Assembly: GCF_000283555.1 (NCBI RefSeq)
Contig: NC_016012.1
Span: 480,001-512,000 of the forward strand
Reading direction: 5' to 3'
Length of the DNA stretch: 32,000 nucleotides
Origin: Candidatus Arthromitus sp. SFB-rat-Yit
GTDB lineage: Bacteria; Bacillota; Clostridia; Clostridiales; Clostridiaceae
In this document: positions 20,201-28,743 of the stretch, piece after piece
Layout of the letters: every line of letters starts with the position of its first letter
How positions within the stretch are numbered: the stretch's first letter is position 1
Notes under the pieces: model-generated
Databases searched by the model: none
What the model was told of the DNA's origin: nothing
Seen by the model: the letters and a program-made list of their open reading frames with translations, nothing else
Made by a program: the position numbers and the translations under genes

Positions 20201-23200
20201 AACACAAGATATCGAAATAGAATTTAGGACGGAAAGTTTTGTTATAAATAATCTTCGTTTTGAAAAGGATATGAATAATCTTGTAAATGTAATGTGGAAT
20301 TTAAAAAATGATAATTATCCTTATGTTAATGGTGATTCAGTAGAATTATTTTTAAAAGAAAGAGGAGCACCATCACAGAATTATAAAAAATTCCAATATG
20401 CAACAGGGAATATTTCAGCAGTGAGAGCATTTAACATAATGATACCTAAATTTAATGTAGATTATGATATGAAATTGACTTATACTTTGGGTGGTAAACA
20501 AGTTAGTGCTTATGGAAATTGTAGACTTGATATGGGAGATATAGGTTTTAATGTTGATGAGATAACAGATACTAAAATTAAAGTTTCTTGGACATACCCA
20601 GATAATTATAGTATTTCAAATAATGATAAGATTGAAGTATCTTTGAAAAATCTTGAAGATGGAAATAATGTGGAATCTGAATCGAAGACACAAAATTATG
20701 ATAATAATAATACTACTATGATTAAAGATTTTAAGGAAAAAGAATTTACTTTAACTAAAGATAAAATGTATGAAGTTAAGATTAGATTTTCATCGGTATA
20801 TGCAGAACCTATTGAGAAATCGTTTAAATTTAAAGCTACTTCTGGATTTCAAATTTTAGGTTTAGTTGGTAAGTCTTTAGATTCTAAATCATTTAAACTT
20901 GAATGGGATTTTTACAATAATAATGAGGAATTTGATTCAAATAGTAAAATTGAAATTTTATACAAAGAAGAACCAAAGGGAAGTTCACAAGATGCTTCAC
21001 AAGACAATAATGTTGAAGATAAATTATTTGAAAATGTTAATCCTGTTTCAACTCGTACTGGAAGTGAATTGAAAGAATTTAAGTCTTATGTAGTTGAGGG
21101 ACTTGATGTAAATAAAAATTATTTGTTTAGAGTTCGGTATACTATTACTGGAGATTCGGGAAAGGTAGTATACAAAGATTTGGTAGGTAAAACAGAAGCA
21201 AGAAAAATAACTTCGAGCGTAATTGATACACAACCTACAGGTGTTAAAATTTCAGTTGAGTATCCGGAGAACTATGAAATATTAGAAGGTGATATCTTAG
21301 ATATATTTATAAGAAGAAAAGAAGAAACGAATTATTCAGTTAATCCTAATTTTACTGGAAAGCATGGCAGTGGGGAAGATGATGTTGACTTAAATGAAGT
21401 AACTGTACTTGATATACTTGGATTATCTCCAAATAAAGAATATTTTTCTAAAGTTGTATTTTGGCCAGATGGTGGTTCGGGAATTAAACAAGAGATGGAA
21501 CTTAGCTTTAAAACAGACGTAGTAGAAGGTATAGGAGAAGTAATTATAGGTGACGTTTTAGATTATGTGGTAAAAGTAGGAATTAAGATGGAGCCAGATG
21601 AGCTTATTTTAAGTGATAAAGATAGTTGTAAGGTTTTTATAAAGAAGAAAGATCAAACTCATTATCCAGATAAATCAAATGGTGAAATTCGTGGAGATAT
21701 ATTTAATGAAGAAAAATTTATATCAGCATATTTTGATGAATTGAACGCAGAGTACGATGTGAAGGTTATAGTGAATATTGGTGGCAATGAGTTTGAAAAG
21801 GAAACTAGTTTTGTAAGTAAGATTGATGATTTTAATATTGATGTTAAAGAAATTAATCCGATGACGACGCAAGTAGAATGGAGATATCCAAATAATTATA
21901 CACTTGTGGATGGTGAAAGTATTCAGATATTTATCAAATATCAAGATGAGGATGATTTTTTAAGTGAACCTGATCTTGAACTTATTCAATCAGATGATTT
22001 GAATTTATCTGATATAAATTTGGTTGAATTATATTCATTGATTCCTGATACTAGATATGAAGTTAAGGTGAAATTGAATTTATTAGAAGCGGATGTAAAA
22101 CCAGTTATTAAGGAATTTACTACAACTGTTTTTGAGATAGAGAATCTTGAAATACAGGACATAAGTAGTGATGGAATGTCTATTAAATGGGATCTGAGTA
22201 CAGAAGAATTAGATTTTATAGATGAGTATGATAATTTATCTGTTTTTATTAAGAATAGCAATGAAGAAGATTATGATTTTTCAAATCCTGTGGCAGAGTT
22301 CACAGAAGGTTTAAATGATATAAGGTCAATATCTTTTCAAACAGAAGATAGCATAGCAGATGTTGATATTTATTTATCATATTTAATTGAAGATTATGAA
22401 GCTGCTATGGAAATATCATATACAGCAATTGATTTAAATGTTGAAGTGCAACAAGAAGGGGTATTAGTTGAATGGACGTATCCACCTGGAATAGAATTTG
22501 AAAAAGATGATAGACTCGATATTTATTTGAAACATGCTAATAAGTCGGGATATAAGACAGAACCAAATTTTAGATATACTAATGGAAAAGATGGCGATCT
22601 AAGTGAATTAAATGAAATATTTTTCAAAAGATTAGGAATTGGAAACTATGTGATGAAGTTTTCATTAATCACAAGTGATATGAGATATAATCCTATAGAA
22701 ATCGAGTTCAATGTGCAGGATCAAGATGTGGTCGGAACAGAACTTAAGTTTAATGGAAAATCAAGTAATAGAAAAATAGAATTAGATATTGTTGGTGATA
22801 ATGAATTTGATTATGAAAAAGGGTTTAACATTAATCCTGAAGGTTTGGATCTTGAGATAGATGAGGTTAGAAATAAATTTATAGTTAAGAATCTGGTTCC
22901 AGGGAAAGATTATAAAAATATTGTTATTACTTTTTACACAGAAGAAGACGATGAAATTAATTTTGTAGTTAAAAATGTAAAGATAAATCCTGAAAATCTT
23001 TTGCAAGAATTTATAACAAATATTTATAAATTTGCATTTGAGCGTTATCCAGATGAGGAAGGATATGGATATTGGCTTGGAAGACTTCTTGAAAAAGGAG
23101 AAGTTACAGGTAAGTTTGTTTTATATAATTTGATGTTTGCAGAACGTGAATTTTCTGAAAGAAATCTTTCAGATGATGAATTAATAAAAGTTTTATACCA

Positions 23201-23381
23201 AATAGTAGTTAACAGAGAATATGATGAAGGAGGATTGAATTATTGGATAGGTGAATATAGAAACACATATTTACCACAAGCTAATAATGATAGTTATGAG
23301 GCACAAAAAGCTATAGTTGCAAGAATGTTACATGAGCAAGAGTTCAAAGATTTGTGTAACAAAATGGGTATCTTGTGGTAA
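17292..23381 (+). CDS. Giant exported surface protein, paralogue of the preceding gene, with FN3-like modules and a C-terminal DUF4214-like domain
   Basis: About 2029 aa; signal peptide 'MKTCMKKFIINLMILIFLFELIPLGDMGIK..'; at least 12 FN3-like units; C-terminus 'FAFERYPDEEGYGYWLGRL..LMFAEREFSERNLSDDELIKVLYQIVVNREYDEGGLNYW'. RBS GGAGG before ATG 17292. Confidence 0.83.
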   Translation: MKTCMKKFIINLMILIFLFELIPLGDMGIKLGFVEKSSAYYTQLDSVAPGYVISAEEGGIVFDLSQRLSSSMSVESFSIKNMNPEQQKKDLKEESSDGVRWLTKDEMINGHIYEIESKIYDSEIDKTLTFINSFKFTDKNTAYNPKVSFSNFDANRMITQDVFFDFSNCKELINNSNRLDLEILNSDLTKAEIDSVFVDKNDLVNAGYRYKLSRAASIFKPNKDYIIRLNADGVIWDKMISCSLKANPTLVENIRPTEIDFKYYAKQRNLFIPTLDFGICKTFTDRHHVEVKIILSNSKKGLVPVEVTGEIPRLAEINIPEEYCSTIIPSDIRVYFSDKYTGALLAEYLFQVTFKEGGCFMWTGLSYYGEKDISGYQITKITPVHEENDTTTVPHSWDEFPRAHYITLYDNKLENQIGGEYRFDVTKTKYEYVGAEQNVKGANFKVPFKDMRQGFNSYNFKFESSNRYPEWGYAYIPFGFYADIVEIKDLDIEVKDLKVNSSGKYDFSFELKNQNVITGDKMSIIDDNGKEYIANVNTSKRFNFKDIPLVFGGKYVVTYNKISSLFHFKSTDMSILFNPVVIGTSSNGQNVVEIDFDKKYEKILNSDRMKNRIRILHMNGNSTGNEFTDFNVGKHKFTLSSGLTEGQNYIVEFSNSKEETYKTTFQYTTMKLDLSDVTGTTAKLNWEYPSNYLITDGDVLNIYFKKEDANYPAIPDAKIMHGFQGIDFNDVTTYTIRNMSPNINYVAKLELVTNEGMTYVDETEFVTSTFKILNEEIEGISEDGTVNSKSINFKWDINLGDIEFNAGDKVELFLKLRSHNAFPKTPVSTIDQDLNRNKRIKFDVSNYYEDYSAKIVYTIGGVRHTSKVLNFSVEPEKLELSVNDITDYSAVVNWKYPEGINIENNHEIRVYLRKAGDLDYRLEKTYKQSETSLKDVTKYKFDKLRFETTYQVKLVYKVGDKQVAGVSEDVTQDIEIEFRTESFVINNLRFEKDMNNLVNVMWNLKNDNYPYVNGDSVELFLKERGAPSQNYKKFQYATGNISAVRAFNIMIPKFNVDYDMKLTYTLGGKQVSAYGNCRLDMGDIGFNVDEITDTKIKVSWTYPDNYSISNNDKIEVSLKNLEDGNNVESESKTQNYDNNNTTMIKDFKEKEFTLTKDKMYEVKIRFSSVYAEPIEKSFKFKATSGFQILGLVGKSLDSKSFKLEWDFYNNNEEFDSNSKIEILYKEEPKGSSQDASQDNNVEDKLFENVNPVSTRTGSELKEFKSYVVEGLDVNKNYLFRVRYTITGDSGKVVYKDLVGKTEARKITSSVIDTQPTGVKISVEYPENYEILEGDILDIFIRRKEETNYSVNPNFTGKHGSGEDDVDLNEVTVLDILGLSPNKEYFSKVVFWPDGGSGIKQEMELSFKTDVVEGIGEVIIGDVLDYVVKVGIKMEPDELILSDKDSCKVFIKKKDQTHYPDKSNGEIRGDIFNEEKFISAYFDELNAEYDVKVIVNIGGNEFEKETSFVSKIDDFNIDVKEINPMTTQVEWRYPNNYTLVDGESIQIFIKYQDEDDFLSEPDLELIQSDDLNLSDINLVELYSLIPDTRYEVKVKLNLLEADVKPVIKEFTTTVFEIENLEIQDISSDGMSIKWDLSTEELDFIDEYDNLSVFIKNSNEEDYDFSNPVAEFTEGLNDIRSISFQTEDSIADVDIYLSYLIEDYEAAMEISYTAIDLNVEVQQEGVLVEWTYPPGIEFEKDDRLDIYLKHANKSGYKTEPNFRYTNGKDGDLSELNEIFFKRLGIGNYVMKFSLITSDMRYNPIEIEFNVQDQDVVGTELKFNGKSSNRKIELDIVGDNEFDYEKGFNINPEGLDLEIDEVRNKFIVKNLVPGKDYKNIVITFYTEEDDEINFVVKNVKINPENLLQEFITNIYKFAFERYPDEEGYGYWLGRLLEKGEVTGKFVLYNLMFAEREFSERNLSDDELIKVLYQIVVNREYDEGGLNYWIGEYRNTYLPQANNDSYEAQKAIVARMLHEQEFKDLCNKMGILW
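19347..22550 (+). repeat. Protein-level super-repeat (A/B FN3-like module pairs), about 600-670 bp period
   Basis: The position equivalent to the conserved W of 'W.YP' occurs at 19347, 19971, 20589, 21258 (E in place of W), 21879 and 22473; all are in frame. Confidence 0.75.
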
Positions 23382-23384
23382 TAT

Positions 23385-23414
23385 ATTAACCATCAATTTA
23401 TATTGATGGTTAAT
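23385..23414 (+). terminator. Rho-independent terminator after the giant surface protein genes
   Basis: ATTAACCATCAAT / ATTGATGGTTAAT, 13-bp stem with 4-nt loop, followed by a T-tract. Confidence 0.88.
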
Positions 23415-23549
23415 TTTTTTTGAGTAGAGTATGAAATTTTTGTAATAAATAAGATGAATATATTTGGTAAAAAATAGTAATGAGATTGGAGGAATTATTA
23501 TATAAAGCAAGATATTAAATGATTGAATAACAAATGTAGGAGGTGCCTT

Positions 23550-24056
23550 ATGAATATTGTAACAATTAATATAAACGGTATAGAGTATAAGTTAAAAGGT
23601 GAGGAGTCAGAGGAATATTTAAATAATATAGCAAGAGAAGTGGATGATAAAATAAAAGAAATGATGACAAAAAATGTAAATCTTACTGCACAATCTTCGT
23701 CTATATTATTGGCAATAAATTATTGTGATCAATTATATAAATACAGGACTGAAAAAGAAGATTTAAATAATAGCATTGAAAATTGTAATGTTAAAATACA
23801 ATCTCTTATTGATGAAAAAAATGAACTTAAAGAGAGAATGATACATATTGAAAGTGAAAATTCTAAACTTAAATTAATAAATAAAAATCTCGAAGAGGAG
23901 ATAGAGGCGTATAATACTGTTTTGAAAGAAGATAATAAAAACATATTTTCAGATAATAACGAAATTGAGGAATTGGAAAAAGAGATAGAGCTTCTCAATG
24001 AAACTGTAAGAAAACTTAAGGAAGAAAATGTTAAACTACAAGATAAGTTAAAATAA
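23550..24056 (+). CDS. zapA: Cell division protein ZapA with long C-terminal coiled coil
   Basis: 'IVTININGIEYKLKGEESEEYLNNIAREVDDKIKEMM' and 'SILLAINYCDQLYK' are typical of ZapA; RBS GTAGGAGGTG before ATG 23550. Confidence 0.85.
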   Translation: MNIVTININGIEYKLKGEESEEYLNNIAREVDDKIKEMMTKNVNLTAQSSSILLAINYCDQLYKYRTEKEDLNNSIENCNVKIQSLIDEKNELKERMIHIESENSKLKLINKNLEEEIEAYNTVLKEDNKNIFSDNNEIEELEKEIELLNETVRKLKEENVKLQDKLK

Positions 24057-24130
24057 AAAACCTTTTAATCATTATCAATATTTTGAAGAATTTTAGTAAA
24101 TACTAAAAAGATAATGAGGAGGTATTGAAA

Positions 24131-24715
24131 ATGAATTTATCTAATAGTCAAACTAAGGAAAATTTAATGAGGGCATTTGCCGGTGAATGTCAAGCACATG
24201 TGCGATATGATTTTGGAGCTAATCTAGCAAGAAAAGAAGGTTTCTATGTTATTGAAAAGGAAATTAGAGTTATTGCCATGCAAGAGATAGCACATGCTAA
24301 TGTATTTTATAAATTTTTGAAAGGTTTTAATACTCAATATATAACATTGCAAGGTGCGGCATATCCTGTTGACTTGTATGATAAGACATTGGATTTTTTG
24401 AAAGCTTCTCATGAAAGAGAATTGGAAGAGCATGATAACATATATAAAAGTTTTTCTGATATAGCTGTTAAAGAAGGATTTAATGATATAAGTTATAAAT
24501 TTAAAGAAATTAGTGAAGTTGAAAAATTACATGCAGATAAATTCATTAAAATATATAACGATTTATCTAGTGGTATGATGTTTAAGAAAAATGTTAAGAC
24601 AAAATGGTTTTGTACAAATTGTGGTCATGTTCATGATTCTGAGGATGCACCAGAATATTGTCCTGTTTGTGCTCATCCACGTGGATATTTTACGCCATAC
24701 ATTAACCAATCTTGA
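24131..24715 (+). CDS. Rubrerythrin
   Basis: Ferritin-like N-terminus 'NLMRAFAGECQAHVRYDF..' and C-terminal rubredoxin-type 'WFCTNCGHVHDSEDAPEYCPVCAHPRGYF'. Confidence 0.95.
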   Translation: MNLSNSQTKENLMRAFAGECQAHVRYDFGANLARKEGFYVIEKEIRVIAMQEIAHANVFYKFLKGFNTQYITLQGAAYPVDLYDKTLDFLKASHERELEEHDNIYKSFSDIAVKEGFNDISYKFKEISEVEKLHADKFIKIYNDLSSGMMFKKNVKTKWFCTNCGHVHDSEDAPEYCPVCAHPRGYFTPYINQS

Positions 24716-24721
24716 TTTAAT

Positions 24722-24756
24722 TTAAGAGTATGATGATATTTCTATCATACTCTTAA
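24722..24756. terminator. Terminator between convergent genes
   Basis: TTAAGAGTATGAT / ATCATACTCTTAA, 13-bp stem, followed by T9. Confidence 0.85.
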
Positions 24757-25661
24757 TTTTTTTTTAGAGCATTTGTAAATGTTATAAAAATTTGAGTATT
24801 TATAACTTTTGAATTAATTAGTTTTTTTAATTTATGTCTTAATGTGTCTAATTCATCTATGGAAAATTTACCGTTTAAACTTAATGTGATGTAGATTTCT
24901 GTAAATTTACCGAGTTTTGATATAAAAATATCGTAGATTTTAATTTCTGGATAATTATAGTTAATTAATGATGCAAGTTCTTGTTCAGATTTGTAATGGA
25001 TTCTTTTATAAGTTAGGATATTGATTTGATTTTTTAAAAGTTTTATTGGTTGATATGCAAAGAACATAGTTAAAATGATAACAAGAATTGCATCTGAGAT
25101 TGGAAATAGAGGTTTAAGAAAGGGTATTACATTAAATAAAATAAATGCAATAGATGTACCGAGGCTAAGTAGTGCGTCAATATTTGCACCGATTGCTTCA
25201 GATTTTAATACTTCTGAGCAATTATTGATTTTTTTGTTATAATGTTTATAAATTAAATATAAAGCAAAACAGAGAATGGTCATTAATGTCCCGTTAAGGA
25301 TGATTAATTTTAAATTTACTTCAGGAATTTGGTTCGGATTAGAAATAAATGCAGAAATAGTTGTTATGCTTGAGAAAATAGATGAAACGAGAAGTATTAT
25401 TATAAGAATTGATTTAAATAATACATAAAGAGTTTCTTTACTATATTGTCCCAAAGGATACTGTTTTCTGCTTGAGGTTTCTATATCTTTAGAGATTTTT
25501 ATTGCTACTACAACAGAAATAAATTGTATGAATGAAAATAATCCATCTATTAATACGGCTTTTGATTTTGAAAATATAAACAAAATAATTCCTATAATAG
25601 TCATTAATAGGTTTAATAGGTTGCCACGTTTTAATGCTTTTTGTTCAATTGATAAATCCAT
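24753..25661 (-). CDS. Cation diffusion facilitator (CDF) family transporter
   Basis: Multiple TM segments; 'SKSKAVLIDGLFSFIQFISVVVAIKIS' and 'SEAIGANIDALLSLGTSIAF' match CDF TM2/TM5 patterns. Confidence 0.8.
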   Translation of the reverse strand: MDLSIEQKALKRGNLLNLLMTIIGIILFIFSKSKAVLIDGLFSFIQFISVVVAIKISKDIETSSRKQYPLGQYSKETLYVLFKSILIIILLVSSIFSSITTISAFISNPNQIPEVNLKLIILNGTLMTILCFALYLIYKHYNKKINNCSEVLKSEAIGANIDALLSLGTSIAFILFNVIPFLKPLFPISDAILVIILTMFFAYQPIKLLKNQINILTYKRIHYKSEQELASLINYNYPEIKIYDIFISKLGKFTEIYITLSLNGKFSIDELDTLRHKLKKLINSKVINTQIFITFTNALKKN

Positions 25662-25809
25662 TTTATCACCTTAATTTTTATTTGTAATTTTATTTGTAAT
25701 TATTTTAACATATTTTGGTGATGGTGTTCAAAAATAAAGTTAAAAAGTTTATTTTGTGGTAGAATATCGTAAGGTGTATTTTTAAACAATTTATTGGAGG
25801 TTATTAATT

Positions 25810-27165
25810 TTGTTTTTTGTGAAGGATAAGAATTTTTATAGAAAAATATTAACTATAGCTGTACCTATAACTTTACAAAGTCTTATAACTTTTGCAACTA
25901 ATATGATGGACACAATAATGGTTGGAAGTCTTGGTGAGATAGCTTTATCAGCAGCTTCACTATCAGGACAGATCTTTTTTGTACTTAGTGTTCTATGTTT
26001 TGGAATAGGGGGAGGAGGGGCTGTTTTAACTTCTCAGTTTTGGGGTAAAAATGATACAAAATCAATTTCAAAAACACTATCAATAACGATTAAGTTAAGT
26101 TTGATAGTTGGAATTGTAGCTATGATACTTGCTTTAACCATTCCTGATAAATTACTTGGATTTTATATAAATGATTCAAATGTTATACAAGCAGGTGTTT
26201 CTTATTTGAGATTGGCATCGCTTATTTATCCACTTTTTGCGGTATTAACGATAACATCTATAATACTTAGGACAACATCACAGATTAAGATTTCTGTTTT
26301 AGGTAATAGTATAGCGTTTATACTCAATGTGATTTTTAATTATATTTTTATATTTGGTAAATTTGGAATGCCACAGATGGGTTTAACAGGAGCAGCAGTT
26401 GGTACAGTAATTTCAAGAATTGTTGAATTTTGTATAATACTTGGATATTTATTTTTTATAGAAAAGAACTTAAAGTTTAGAATTAAGGATTTATTTAGTT
26501 TTGATAGAGAAATATTTGTAAAATATCTCAAAAGTGGAATCAATGTTTTAATAAGTGATGCATTATTGGTTGCTGGATTGACAAGCCTCACAATGATACT
26601 CGGAAGGCTTGGGCCTGAAATGATTGCAGCAAATAGTATTTGTAGTATAGTAATTCAACTATCCACAGTTTTTATAAATGGAATATCGAGTTCAGGTCTT
26701 GTTATAATAGGAAATACAATTGGAGAAGGTAAATTTTCACTTGCAAAAGAACAGTCAAGAACTTTTTTGTTAATTTCTATAATAGTTGGTATGGTAGCAT
26801 CACTTTTAATTATGGTAACGAAGCATTTTATTATAGATTTTTATAATGTTGAGCAGGTAACAAAAGATATAGCTTATGAATTAATGAATGGTGCAATATT
26901 TATTATAATTTTCCAGGTTCCATCTTCTGTTTTAACAAAAGGGATTTTGCGTGGAGGAGGAGATACGAAATTTTTGGTGTTTGCAGATGTTTTATTTTTA
27001 TGGTTGTTGTCGATACCACTTGGAATGTTAGCAGCATTTGTATTTAAATTTTCACCAGCTATTATATATATTTGTTTAAAATTTGATGAAATAATAAAAG
27101 CTATTTGGTGTACTTTGAGAATGATGGGTAATAAATGGATCAAAGATGTTACTGTAAAAATTTAA
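25810..27165 (+). CDS. MATE family efflux transporter
   Basis: 'ITVPITLQSLITFATNMMDTIMVGSLGEIALSAASLSGQ'-type MATE N-terminus, 12-TM-like profile, 'RGGGDTKF'. TTG start with upstream GGAGG. Confidence 0.93.
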   Translation: MFFVKDKNFYRKILTIAVPITLQSLITFATNMMDTIMVGSLGEIALSAASLSGQIFFVLSVLCFGIGGGGAVLTSQFWGKNDTKSISKTLSITIKLSLIVGIVAMILALTIPDKLLGFYINDSNVIQAGVSYLRLASLIYPLFAVLTITSIILRTTSQIKISVLGNSIAFILNVIFNYIFIFGKFGMPQMGLTGAAVGTVISRIVEFCIILGYLFFIEKNLKFRIKDLFSFDREIFVKYLKSGINVLISDALLVAGLTSLTMILGRLGPEMIAANSICSIVIQLSTVFINGISSSGLVIIGNTIGEGKFSLAKEQSRTFLLISIIVGMVASLLIMVTKHFIIDFYNVEQVTKDIAYELMNGAIFIIIFQVPSSVLTKGILRGGGDTKFLVFADVLFLWLLSIPLGMLAAFVFKFSPAIIYICLKFDEIIKAIWCTLRMMGNKWIKDVTVKI

Positions 27166-27192
27166 CGTGTTTTAATTAGAGAAGGGATTTAT

Positions 27193-27897
27193 ATGGGGTG
27201 TTTATTTAGGATAATTAAATTATTTATAATTTTGCTATTTATTATTCTTATTTTTTGTTTATTAAAAGGGTTTATATTTTACAAAGATACTTTGGATAAA
27301 ATGCCATTAAATGTAAAAGTTAGTCAAATTACTTCAAATAAAGATTATGTAAATATAGAAAATATTTCAGATAGTATGAAAAAATTTATTGTAACTGTCG
27401 AAGATAAGAGATTTTATAGTCACAATGGTATTGATATATCTTCGATATTAGGTTCTGTAATTGGAAATTTATCTGCGGGTTACTATAAATATGGAGGTAG
27501 TACAATAACTCAGCAATTAGCAAAAAATATGTATTTTTCAAATGAGAAGAACATTACAAGAAAAATTGCTGAAATGTTTACTGCTTTTAAGATTGAAAGA
27601 GAATATTCTAAGGATGAAATTTTGGAGATGTATTTGAATCAGATATATTTTGGAGAGGGATATTATGGAATAAATGCAGCAAGTTATGGATATTTTAGTG
27701 CATCACCAAGTGATTTAACAAAATATCAATCTTCGTTACTTGCTGGAATACCACAATCACCAAGCTTGTATAATTTGAAAACTAAAAATCGAGCTATGAG
27801 TAATAGATATTCGCGTGTTCTCAAAAATTTGGTAGAAAATAAAGATATAACGCTTGAGGAAGCAAAAAAGTTTGAAGAATATTACAAGACATCATGA
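27193..27897 (+). CDS. Monofunctional GT51 peptidoglycan glycosyltransferase
   Basis: Single N-terminal TM segment and GT51 motifs 'VEDKRFYSHNGIDISS', 'GGSTITQQLAKNMYFS', 'KFEIEREYSKDEILEMYLNQIYFGEGYYGI'-type; no transpeptidase domain. Confidence 0.9.
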   Translation: MGCLFRIIKLFIILLFIILIFCLLKGFIFYKDTLDKMPLNVKVSQITSNKDYVNIENISDSMKKFIVTVEDKRFYSHNGIDISSILGSVIGNLSAGYYKYGGSTITQQLAKNMYFSNEKNITRKIAEMFTAFKIEREYSKDEILEMYLNQIYFGEGYYGINAASYGYFSASPSDLTKYQSSLLAGIPQSPSLYNLKTKNRAMSNRYSRVLKNLVENKDITLEEAKKFEEYYKTS

Positions 27898-27915
27898 TGT
27901 AATTCGTGATGTCTT
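27886..27915 (+). terminator. Probable terminator overlapping the stop codon
   Basis: AAGACATCA (27886-27894) / TGATGTCTT (27907-27915), then TTTT. Confidence 0.6.
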
Positions 27916-27982
27916 TTTATTTATCTTATCATAAAATTACTTTATAATTATATTTATTAGGACAAAATTAAGGAGAATTGGC

Positions 27983-28570
27983 ATGATTTTAAACAAAACT
28001 AATCGAAATGTAATTATAGATATTGACAACTACCAAAATAAATATTTAGATGATATGATTTTCACAAAGTATGTAATAGAGTTTTCAGAAAAAGGTGGAG
28101 CTACAGCATTTTTAACTAATAATTTTACAAATTTTAAAATATTGAAAGAAATAACGAAGTTACCAATATTTTTTGAGGTTGATAGAAAATTTAATGGGAT
28201 AATAAATATAGATCCTGAATTTTTGATTATAGATATAGTTAATTTTAATGGTGTTTATGAACAATTAAATATATTTTTAAATGATATTAGGGAAAAGTTT
28301 AAAGGGAAAATAATTGGGAAAATATTTAATAAGAAACAAGCTATATTAGCATGTAAATTGAATTTGGATGGAATTGCAATAGATGTTTTTAAAGAAAATT
28401 TTGATAATGAATTTATATCAGAACTTTGTTTGGATATAAACATACCGGTTATATTGAGAATTAAAACTTTGGATATAAATATTTGTAAAGACTTGGTTAA
28501 AATTGGTGTAAGCAATTTTATTTTGGGAGAGGACATAACGAATCCAAATAAAATTTTAAGTAAGATTTAA
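27983..28570 (+). CDS. Divergent NanE-like (ManNAc-6-P epimerase-like) TIM-barrel protein
   Basis: 195 aa; order of elements (EKGGATAFLT..ILKEITKLPIFFEVDR..LIIDIVN..DIREKFKGKIIGKIFNKKQAILACKLNLDGIAID..IPVILRIKTLDINICKDLVKIGVSNFILGEDITNP) parallels NanE. Confidence 0.45.
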   Translation: MILNKTNRNVIIDIDNYQNKYLDDMIFTKYVIEFSEKGGATAFLTNNFTNFKILKEITKLPIFFEVDRKFNGIINIDPEFLIIDIVNFNGVYEQLNIFLNDIREKFKGKIIGKIFNKKQAILACKLNLDGIAIDVFKENFDNEFISELCLDINIPVILRIKTLDINICKDLVKIGVSNFILGEDITNPNKILSKI

Positions 28571-28669
28571 AAAAATATAATTTATGTATAGATTTATATA
28601 GTGAACCTGAACATGATTTTGGGTGCAGATTTTAATTTTGTGGGTAAGTACATAGATTTGAAAGAAAAA

Positions 28670-28708
28670 AGCAGACAGTTTCCAGATGTTTCTGGATTTA
28701 TGTCTGCT
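28670..28708. terminator. Hairpin between convergent genes, probable bidirectional terminator
   Basis: AGCAGAC(28670-28676)/GTCTGCT(28702-28708) outer stem and TCCAGA(28681-28686)/TCTGGA(28691-28696) inner stem, flanked by A6 and T5. Confidence 0.55.
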
Positions 28709-28743
28709 GTTTTTGTGTGGGGAATGTGATTGGAATTGTGTAT

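Noticed and set aside
13344-22261. Several minus-strand ORFs inside the giant surface genes (for example 13344-13607, 16248-16547, 19389-19787, 21048-21233, 21723-21944, 21986-22261)
   Set aside because: All antisense to long, repeat-supported coding frames; expected by chance from the codon bias of long AT-rich genes.
22782-23006. Minus-strand ORF (74 aa)
   Set aside because: Antisense to the 3' part of the second giant gene; low-complexity.
23328-23510. Minus-strand ORF (60 aa) spanning the terminator
   Set aside because: Crosses the strong terminator hairpin at 23385-23414 and overlaps the end of the upstream gene; no RBS.
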